Assembly: GCF_963921235.1 (NCBI RefSeq)
Contig: NC_086109.1
Coordinates: forward strand, 25,794,001-25,854,000
DNA: 60,000 nucleotides
Reading direction: 5' to 3'
Source: Mobula hypostoma
Taxonomy: Eukaryota
Shown piece by piece: positions 50,181-60,000 of this stretch. Each line of letters opens with the position of its first letter. Position 1 is the stretch's first letter. The notes below the pieces were generated by a model. That model ran no database searches. It was given only the letters and a program-made list of their open reading frames with translations, and had not been told where the DNA came from. A program made the translations under genes and the position numbers.

Positions 50181-50739
50181 CTGAATTTGGAAGTATACTA
50201 AATGAACTTTCAGAAATAAATTCATTTTCATCAAGACAAAAATCAATTTCTTCTGTCCACATTTTTCAGTGCACTTTTGAATGATCCTCTTTACAATGAC
50301 TCTTTGTCCCTCTAAATGCCATCATATCAGATTTGCAGAAGTCTGATTACTTTCCATATGACATATATCCCTCCCCCTTTTATCTCCAGTCCTTCAAACA
50401 AAAAATCTTCTAAATCTATTAAAAACCAATGGGACACTACAATTCCATAGCAACGCTCTGACAAATTAAGTTCTACTGAAGGGAAAAATCGCAGAAAATT
50501 GTTTTGGTTTTAAATAAGTAGTTAGAAAACGTGAATGGCCAAAACAACCCAACATAAAGATACTTCTGATAATCAAATTTGAAAACATATAATAGCAAAT
50601 AATTTTGATTATCCACATGCTTTAATTAAAGTAAACCAGATGCAATTAGCCTGTGAACCTAAGAGTTAAATTGAAGCTATGCGAATTTAGTGTTACATTC
50701 ACCGTTTGATGTATATTGGTGAAAATACATCCACCTGAC

Positions 50740-50922
50740 CTTGTGCTCTCTACGGGCTCGTTTCTGCTGCTGTTCTATTAGGTCTGAGGCAGATGCTGGT
50801 GGTGAGGCAGCTCTCATATTACGGATAACTTTGATGCTGTCTTCAGGAAGTGGTGGGAGACCAAGTGTTTCACGTTTCTTCACTTTAAGAACCTGCAAGT
50901 CTTCAAAGCCTCCCAAAGACAA
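50740..50922 (-). CDS. STRIP1: STRIP1 coding exon
   Basis: acag|TTG TCT...CAC AAG|gtcagg; LSLGGFEDLQ...LGLPPLPEDSIKVIRNMRAASPPASASDLIEQQQKRARREHK; 183 nt. Confidence 0.95.
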
Positions 50923-51386
50923 CTGTTCCAAAAGTAAAATAAAAAGAGTTCAAAAGATGTTTGCCTAACTTGTCACAAATCCAACTAATTACCCAGCTGT
51001 CAAAGTCAGCTGAAAAAATGTAATTCTTGGAGCATTTGAATAATCTATAAGTCTTAATCAAATTCAATGGATGTTCTCAAACGGCATTCGAATGATATTC
51101 AGCTTTAGAATGAACCATAGCTGATCCTGGCTCTAAATCCACTTGTCAGGTATTTTCCAATACAGAGCAATTAATTACTAATGCATATATATTTAGCCCA
51201 TCTATATTAAATCTTGACAGTTCATAAAGCTAACTCAACACAAACCAAGCAAAATATCAGTATGTTACCCTGATTTTACAAAACAGTCTTTGTCTCTAAA
51301 CCACTGAGACTGAATAAAAGTGGAAGATCAATAACGTATGCTTCAAAATTGTTTCTTCCATATTATAGAGTGCCTGTTAAACTTAC

Positions 51387-51514
51387 CAATACGGTTTTCC
51401 AAAGCAGCAACAGAACCTTCTTCATAGGGAAGTGGGGAGCATGGCCACTGCAGAACTTGGTTACCATTCCAAACAACATAACTGAAAACGGCTCGTTGTT
51501 ATACAAGGATACAC
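51387..51514 (-). CDS. STRIP1: STRIP1 coding exon
   Basis: atag|GT GTA TCC...GTA TTG|gtaagt; [42 protein letters not shown]; 128 nt. Confidence 0.95.
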
Positions 51515-51644
51515 CTATAAAGGAAATATTTTGGGTTAGAATTGTCAAAAATAACAAGAATTTCACATTTTTATCTCTGCTGAGCGGCACATGAACACAA
51601 AATATTAGCACTTTTAATACCAGGAAGTATCTCACTGAAACCAT

Positions 51645-52760
51645 GGGTTTGATAAGGTACCCAATGCAAGGCTTATTGAGAAAGGAAGGAGGCTTGGGAT
51701 CCAAGGAGACATTGCTTTGTGGATCCAGAATTAGTTTGCCCGCAGAAGGCAAAGAGTAATTGTGGACGGATCATATTCTGCATGGAGGTGGGTGACCAGT
51801 GGTGTGCCTCAGGGATCTGTTCTGGGACCCCTACTCTTCGTGATTTTTATAAATGACCTGGATGAGGAAGTGGAGGGATGGGTTAGTAATTTGCTGATGA
51901 TACAAAGGTTGGGGGTGTTGTGGATAGTGTGGAGGGCTGTCAGAGGTTACAGTAGGACAACGATAGGATGTAAAAATGGGCTGAGAAGTGGCAGATGCAA
52001 TAAGTGTGAGGTGGTTCATTTAGGTAGGTCAGATATAATGGTAGAATATAGTATTAATGGTAAGACTCTTGGGGCAGTGTGGAGGATCAGAGGGATCTTG
52101 GGGTCGGAGTCCATAGGACACTCAAAGCTGCTGCACAGGTTGACACTGTGGTTAAAAAGGTATATGGTGCACTGGTCTTCATTAATTGTGGGACTGACTT
52201 TAAGAGCCGAGAGGTAATGTTGCAGCTCTATAGGACTCTGGTCAGACCCCACTTGGAGTACTGTGCTCAGTTTTGGTCGCCTCACTACAGGAAGGATGTG
52301 GAAACCATAGAAAGAGTGCAGAGGAGATTTATAAGGATGTTGCCTGGATTGGGGAGCCTGCCGTATGAGAACATGTTCAGTGAACTCAGCCTTTTCTCCT
52401 TGAAGTGACAGAGGATCAGAGATGACCTGTTAGAGGCGTACAAGATGATGAGAGGCACTGATCGTGTGGGGCTAGCATGAGAGAGCACAGTTTTAAGGTG
52501 CTTAGAAGTAGGTACTAAGGAGATGTCAGGGGCAAGTTTTTTTTAAAACACAGAGAGTGGTGAGTGCATGGAATGGGCTGCTGGCAATGGTAGTGGAGGC
52601 AGATATGATAGGGTCTTTTAAGAGACTCCTGGATAGGTACATGGAGCTTAGAAAAATAGTGGGCTATGGGTAACCCTAGGTAATTTCTGAGGTAAGGACA
52701 TAGTTGGCACAGCTTTGTGGGCTGAAGGGCCTGTATTATGCTGTAGGTGTTCTATGTTTC
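51645..52760 (+). mobile_element. 5'-truncated CR1 LINE (family A)
   Basis: [36 protein letters not shown] tail; similar to 1335-2030. Confidence 0.92.
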
Positions 52761-54609
52761 AAATGATAACTTCATACTACTAGAACAACAGATACCAGTG
52801 AATATAACGAAAAGTACAGTGAAAGAGGCAAGGTCTTAGAAAGAAGGTAGGAGGGGGTTCGTAAAATATAAGAAGCAAATATATGGAATTCCAGATCTCC
52901 AAAAAAGGTGGAAAAAATAAAAGTAGGGATCCACTAAAGAGTCAGAATTGAAGAAGCGTGTAAATTTAAATGTTGGATTTCAGTGCTTGGGAGGAAAGGG
53001 AACTTGCCACAGTATTGTGCAACGCTGAAAACAAGAATGAATTGCTAAATCTGAAGTCACTGAAAGCCAGCATGGATAAAACAAGTTTGGAGCAATTTAA
53101 TGTATGGGCAGGAAAAGTTTAGATGAGCATACATTTATAATGGTCATAGGATTTAAGGGCAATGAGGAAGGTACTACAATACCCAAGAGCAGAATAATAA
53201 AACTACAGATGAAGACTTCAGATAGCAGGAGTCATGGTGTGGAATTAAACTATCAAGTGACTGTAACAGGTATGTGACCAAACTTATTGCCTGTTAAAAT
53301 TCCTTGGGATGGGAATAATCAGGAAGCTGAGTGCTGTGTCAGGCCCAAAATTCAGCATGCTCAAATGGACATTAATTACTTGATCCATTAACTGCAAGGA
53401 CTTTTGTTGCCATCCTAGCCAGCGTTTCTCCCTTAGCAAAGCAAAGAGCTTGGTTAACTAGTGATTCCACCAAACTTTAATATGAAAAATAGTCCATGGG
53501 TTTGCACAAGTTAAATTAAAAAGAGGGTAATAAATGGTTTGTGATATTAAACATAGAAAATGATAAGGAAAATAGAACCTTGAATCAGCTTTCATATTGA
53601 ATGTTCCATACCTGCCATCTGCTATCTTGCTGGAAGTACATTTCTACAGGAGCTGCAATTTTCTCCAGCTAAACTATAGAGTCACAACCTCAAATGTTCA
53701 ACTACTTTTATCAATTTTCTCCCACTCAAGGCAAAACTAAAACCCTATTGCAGGCTGGATATCAAATTCAAATATGCATGTATACGATTCAGTATGTCCA
53801 GAAGGTTCTCTTCTGCCATTTCTACATCTGTAGAGGAACAGTGGGATCAAGTCATCTTAAAAACAGAAATTTAAGAGTGAATGAAGCATAGAGAGTTGAA
53901 AAGTATTGACCATTTGCTCCAAAGGATGGAAGTTAAGCTTCAGATGACAAAATTTATACAATAAGTAAAACATGCTGGCTATGCAAGGACAAGCTGATGT
54001 TTACATCAAAGTAAAGAATTTTCTTTAAATTAATTTACAAAGAAAGGTTGAATAAACTTAACCTGTATAACCTTGAGGTTAGGTATAAAGAACGATCCAA
54101 TTAAAATATCTGAAATGCTAAAAGGACTTGGGTTTGCATACAAGACAGGCACTAATACCTACAATAGGAATTCAGGAAATACACTTTATTTAACTCACAG
54201 GGTGAGTAGAATACAGTAGAAAGCTTTCTAATGCAGAGTAGTTGCAAAACAAATAAACATACATGCATTTAGGGGAACTGGATAAAATATGAGGGAGAAA
54301 GGAATAAGATATGAAATATGAAACAGAAGTACAAATATTGACCAGCTAGGCTTTGTTTCTTTGATGTAAAGATGTGATATTGAGAGCTGCTATAAATAAC
54401 ACACTATAAACTAAGCTCCAGCAGGAAGAAGTGAGTGAAAAAGAACAATTAACAGGAGGGGCACCCTGCTATTCCTCTCTATGATTAAGATAGAATTGAG
54501 AAACACATGGAAGCAATCCGCTAGGAAATATGATGCAACAGGATTTTTTAAATATGCATTTCTTTTCACTAATAATTTTCCATTAATTAGACAGAATATA
54601 CTTCCAAAC

Positions 54610-54716
54610 CTAGGTCTGTTCTGAAGGTCTCCCTCATTGCCCTCCATTCTGGACTATCCTCATCCACTTCCTGACGGATTGTTTCCACCATCAGATACAT
54701 AATGTTCAGCAGCACT
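54610..54716 (-). CDS. STRIP1: STRIP1 coding exon
   Basis: ccag|A GTG CTG...GAC CTA G|gtttgg; VLLNIMYLMVETIRQEVDEDSPEWRAMRETFRTDLG; 107 nt; phase fits both neighbours. Confidence 0.92.
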
Positions 54717-55567
54717 CTGGAAAATATAAGTACGGAGCAACTTAGGAAACAATCAAAATATAGATTGTTTAACATTTACTTAATTAAGAAAAACACATAA
54801 ACACAGTAGTTGACCATAAGCAGGAGCACACCAATTAATGTCTTTTTTGACTGTTCTTCACAGACTCAACAAAGCTCTGCAGTATAGTCTTTGACCCTAC
54901 ACCTTTTGATGATGGCATTATAATAATCCCTTATCAGCAGGTTTTAATAATGGCTTTGCATTATGGCCTTGACAACAACACAAGCTCGACCTAATTGCAG
55001 ATATACGCATAAGTAACTCGACCACCAAGTACATGGATACAAAGCCGGCTATCAGTCAGGAGGATTTGAAAATTCCAGTTAAATGTCATCACAAGTATTA
55101 GATGTGAAGCAAATATTTGTATGTACTCAACTCAGGCCACATCCTGGCCAGGCATTAGTTCAGGTCATCAAGAAATAAGGAAGACAGTGCCATGGAGACA
55201 GTATAAAATAATCACCAATTTGCTTCCTGGTATTAAAGAAAGGAACAAGATGGAATACTAAAAAAGTTCAAGTCTTTTTGTCAAACAAAAAGATCAAAGA
55301 GAATATTTCCCACAAGGGTAAAATATGATGAATGAAAGAAAGGTAAAATTCAGAATATTTATTCAAACTAATTCATGGCAACAGATGTACGAGACAGAAT
55401 CATAAAGTTAAAATTTTGAACTAATGCCAAGAAATTCTGCACAAAAGTAGACTTAGGATAACTAGGATAAGGAGGCAAAACCCAAATACATGGTACAATG
55501 AACTAAGTCTTTGCCTAATGAATGAAATACAAGAAATATTATCTGTATCTATTTCATTCTGTCCTAC

Positions 55568-55636
55568 CTGAGATCTGTACTGTCAGCCAGAGAGATTGCT
55601 GGCTTCCTCACTGCATTACTACATGCAGCACTGTTG
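55568..55636 (-). CDS. STRIP1: STRIP1 coding exon (first in window; ~human exon 6)
   Basis: ccag|C AAC AGT GCT...GAT CTC AG|gtagg; encodes NSAACSNAVRKPAISLADSTDLR, matching recalled vertebrate STRIP1; 69 nt. Confidence 0.93.
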
Positions 55637-55839
55637 CTGGAAGATAAAACCATGAGGTTAATAATGTGAACACAGTCAAATGCATACAAATATTTTTATT
55701 AATTATACAGAATTCAAAACCTGTTAACAGCATTTGGGGTGGGGTGGTGAGGAAGGACAACAGGGTAAAAACCATAAAGCACTACCAAAGAGTCACTGTC
55801 CAGAGGCATAGGCATAAACAAAAACAAAAAACAGGTTTA

Positions 55840-57825
55840 CTGGCAAAGGTGTACTTGGTAAGTGGGAGGCCATCAAAATTGAAATATTGAAAGTACAAAG
55901 CTTGTCAGAATAAAAGGTAACCGTAACAGGTATAGGGAACCTCAGTTTTCAAGAGATATTGAGGCCCCGGTTAAGAAAAATAAAGGAGGTGAATTGCACA
56001 TATAGGCAGGTAGGAACAATGAAGGTGCTTATGGAATATAAAAAATCCAAGAGAACACTTAAGAAAGAAATGAGGAGGGCCAAAAGAAGGCATGAGGTTA
56101 CCTTAGCTGACAAGATGATAGAGAACCCTATGGGATTCTACAAATATGTTAAGACAAAAGGATTGCAAGGGACAAAATTAGTCCTCTGGAAGATCAGAAT
56201 GGTAATCCAGGTGTGGAGCCAAAAGCAATAGGGGTGATCTTAAATGCATTTTTTGTGTCTGTATTTACTCAGGAGATGGACACAGAGTCTATAGTAGTAA
56301 GGCAAAACTGCATCAACTTTATGAACTCAATACAGATTACGGTGGAAGTGGTATTTGTCGTCTTGAGGAAAATTAGGGTGGATAAATCCCCAGGGCCTGA
56401 CGAGGTGTTCACTCAAACCCCGTGGGAGGCAAGGGCATTAGTTACTGGGGCCCTAGCAGAGATATTTAAATCACCAATAGCAACAGGTGAGGTGCCAGAG
56501 GATTGGAGGATAGCCAGTTTTGTTCCACTGTGCAAGAAAGGTTCTAAAAATAAACCAGGAAATTATAGGCCGGTGAGGCTGACATTAGCGGGAAAGTTAT
56601 TGGAAGGTATTCTAGGATATGAATTGATCAAGGAAAGTCAGCATGGTTTTGTGTGTGGTAGGTCATGTGTAACCAATCTGACAGTTTTCCAAGAAAATTA
56701 CCAGGAGAGTTGATGAAGGCAACTTGTCTACATGGATTTTAACAAGGAATTTGACAAGGTGCCACATGGGAGGTTGGTTGAGAAAGCTGTCGTTCAGTAT
56801 TCAAGATGAGGTCGTAAATTGAATTAGACTTTGGCTTTGTGGGAGAAGACAAAGAGTGGTAGTAGATGACTGCTTCTCTGACTGGAGGCCTGTGATAAGT
56901 GGATTGCCGTAGGGATCAGTGCTCGGCCCACTGCTGTTGGTCATCTATATCACAATCTGAATGATAATGTGGTTAACTGGACCAGCAAGCTTGTGGATGA
57001 CACCAAGATTGGTGATGTAGTGGACAGCGAGGCAGACTATCATGGCTTGAAGCGGGATCTTAACCAGCTCCAGAAATGGGCTGAAAAATGGCTGATGAAA
57101 TTTAATGCAGATAAGTACGAGGTGCTGCACTTCAGTAGGACCAGCCTGGGTAGGTTTGACCCAGTGAATGGCAGGGCACTGAGGAATGTGGCAGAACAAA
57201 GGGATCAGGGAACACAGGTCCATAATTCCTTGAAAGTGGCGTCACAGATAGATAGGGTCATAAAGAAAGCTTCTGGCACATTGGCCTCCATAAATCAAAG
57301 AATTGAGTACAGGAGATGGGATATTATGTTGAAGCTGCAGAAGACATTGGTGAGGCCTAATTTGGAGTATTGTGAGCAGTTTTGGCCACTTACCTACAAG
57401 AAAGATGTAAATAAGGTTGAAAGATTTATAAGGATATTGCTGGGTCTGGAGGACGAGATATATGGAAAGATTGAACAGTTTAGAACTTGAAACGTAGAAG
57501 ACTGCAGGGAGATTTCATATAGGTATATAAAATTATGAGGGGCTTAGATAGGGTATATGTAAGCAGCCTTTTTCCACAGGCTAAAGATGTCATAGGTTAA
57601 GGTGAAAGGTGAAAAGTTTAACAAAAGTCGAGTAGAAGAAGCAAGTGGTGCATGCAAGCTCCACTTCACCGTTTAAGAGAAGTTTGGATAGGTACATGGA
57701 TGGTAAGGATATGGAGGGCTATGGTTCCAGTGCAGGTCGATGGGAGTAGGCAGGTTAAATGGCGCATCATGGACTAGATGGGCTAAAGGGCCTGTTTCTA
57801 TGCTGTACTTTTCTCTGACTATGAC
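55840..57825 (+). mobile_element. Decayed CR1 LINE
   Basis: DKSPGPD, GEVPEDWRIA, NYRPVRLT, KLVDDTKIG, LVRPNLEYC with many disruptions. Confidence 0.88.
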
Positions 57826-57884
57826 AATCTAACATCATTACAATAGTATCAATATCCAGATTTTGATTGCAACTATTTCCCCAT

Positions 57885-58155
57885 TATTTATTATTTTTAT
57901 TTATTTAGTTTTGTAGAGATACAGCATGAAATAGCCCCTTCCGCCCCAACGAGCCACACAACCCAACAATGCACCAATTTAACAGCCTAATCACAGGACA
58001 ATTTACAATCACCTACTAACTGGTACGTCCTTGGAATGTGGGCGGAAACCAGAGCGCCCAGCAAAAACCCTTGAGTTCGCAGGGGGGGATGTGCAGACCC
58101 CTTAGAGACGTCGTCGGAATTGAACTTCAAACTCTGATGCTCTAAGCTATAGCAG
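57885..58155 (-). mobile_element. Decayed V-SINE/HE1-like SINE
   Basis: Similar to 44762-45035 (CCTAATCACAGGACAATTTA, GAATTGAAC). Confidence 0.65.
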
Positions 58156-59835
58156 TGCCACTTCTTTGCCCGTTCTCCCAATCTGTTCAAGTCCTGCAGA
58201 CTCGCTGCTTCCTCAACTCTACCTGCCCCTCCACCTATCTTTATATCATCTGCAAATGGCCACAAAGCCATAAATTCCGACAACCAAACTGTAGACACGT
58301 AATGTGAAAAGAAGCAGTCCTGATTCCATCCCTGGCTAACACCACTTATTACCAGCAGTCAAGCAGTATAGACACCCCCCCCGCCCCCACCGCTTTATTC
58401 CCATTCTTTGCCTCCTGCCAATGAGCCAATCTTCTATCTGTGCTCGTATCTTTCCTGTAATATTATGGGCTCTTATCTTGTTTTACAGCTTCATGATTGG
58501 CATCTTGTCAAGGACCTTCTGACTCCCCCTTGCCGATCTTGCCTGTTATTTTCAACAGAATTCCAACAGATTTGTCTGGCAAGATTTCCCCTTAAAGAAA
58601 CCATGCTGAAGAAATACTTTATCATGCACCTTCAAGTAGCCAAAACCTCATCTTTAATAATGGATTCCAACATCTTCCCAACCACTTAAGTCAGGTTAAA
58701 TGGCCTGTAATTTCTTTTCTTCTGCCTCACCCACTTTTTGAAGAGTGGAGTGACATTTGCAAATTTCCAGTCCTCCAGAACCTAGTGATTCTTCAAAGAT
58801 CATTACTTATGCCTACACAATACCTTCAATGCTACCTCTTCCAAAACCCTGGGGTGTAGTCCATCTGATCCAGGTAACTTATCTACCTTCAGACCTCTCA
58901 GCTCCCCAAGCACATTTTGCTTAGTAATAGCAACTACACTCACTTCTGCCCCCTGGCACTCTTGAATTTCTGGAAACCTGCTAATCTCTCCCAAAGAGAA
59001 GAGCAAGGCAAAATATTTATTAAGTTTACCTGCCATTTTATTGTCCCTGCATTATTACCTCTCCAGTGTCATTTTCCAGCAGTCCAATCTCCACTCCTGC
59101 TTCTTTTACTCTTTATATATCTGAAAAAACTTCTGGCTGCTTCTTTGATATTTTTGGCTAGCTTACCTTCATATTTCACCTTCTCTCTCCCCTTACATTT
59201 TCTGTAAGCTTTTAAAAAGCTTCCCATCCTCTAACTTTTGCTTTAATGCTGTCTTTGACTTCCATTGTCACCAAATAGTTTTCTCATCCTCTCTTTAGGG
59301 TACTTCATCTTTGGGATGTACCTGTCCTGCACCTTCTGAACTGCGCCTAAAAACATCAGCCATTCCTATTCTATCATCATCCCTGCTGCTGTCCCCTTCC
59401 AATCAACTTTGGCTAGTTCCTCACTCATGTCTCTGTAATTCCCTTCACTCCACTGTAATACTGATACATCTGACTTTATCCCCTCCCTCCCAAACTGCAG
59501 GTGAATTCTATCACATTATGATCACTGCCTCCTAAGGATTCCTTTACCTTAAGCTCCCTGATCAAATCTGGTTCATCACACAACACCCAATCCAGAATTG
59601 CCTTTTCCCCTGGTGCACTCAACTACAAGCTGCTATAAAAAGACATCTTGTAGGCATTCTACAAATTCCCTGTCTCGGGATCCAGCACCAACCTGATTTT
59701 TCCATCTACTTGCATATTGACCTCCCATTACTATTGTAACATTGCCCTTATTACATTACTTTTCTATTTCCCTTTGAAACCTATATCCCACATCCTGGTT
59801 ACTGTTTGAGGGCCTGTATATAACTGCCATCAGGG
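58156..59835 (-). mobile_element. Old fragmented CR1 LINE
   Basis: FADDIKIGG, GLKVDKLPGSDGLHPRVL and an endonuclease-end relic (SDHN-like) with deletions. Confidence 0.8.
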
Positions 59836-60000
59836 TGAGTAATCAAGAGTGCTGTAACGCAAGCGTGGGTCCATCTGCACTGGGCATAAGTGACCATCTG
59901 GAAGACTGACAGCACAGTGCATCACTGCCACAGTAACAAGGAACGCAACATGATATATTATGAGTATTTCCTTGCTATGGCAGGAAAAAATCTGACTGGA

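Noticed and set aside
12188..55636. Assignment as STRIP2 (FAM40B)
   Set aside because: The C-terminus FQMNYDLWLEREVFSKPISWEELLQ* and the linker match STRIP1 as recalled; a phylogeny would settle it

Overview
This is eukaryotic vertebrate genomic DNA. The repeat content (CR1 LINEs with (TTCTATGT)n tails, HE1/V-SINE-like and Deu-SINE-like SINEs, Penelope pLTRs) suggests a cartilaginous fish, probably a ray; this is inference. The window holds the 3' 16 coding exons of STRIP1 (FAM40A) on the minus strand, from 55636 to the stop codon at 12188. I traced all 16 by hand: GT-AG boundaries, consistent phases, 1936 nt, about 644 aa. The 5' exons lie beyond 60000. Introns and flank are dense with transposons: (1) an 11-kb nest in the last intron, where a full-length young L1 (12-bp TSD) and a Penelope pLTR sit inside an older L1; (2) a full-length RTE LINE inside a non-autonomous repeat inside a Tigger-like MITE; (3) a TSD-flanked Penelope-like element with a GIY-YIG ORF and inverted pLTRs, each carrying a minimal hammerhead ribozyme; (4) a solo LTR, Tc1, Harbinger and hAT MITEs, several CR1 and Rex1 fragments, and tRNA-derived SINEs. 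No prokaryotic-type system, CRISPR array, rRNA or true tRNA gene is present. The most notable items are the intronic hammerhead ribozymes with their antisense arm next to a STRIP1 splice site, the near-intact nested L1, and the GC-rich RTE that may be horizontally transferred. These belong to known classes, so I cannot claim a wholly new system.
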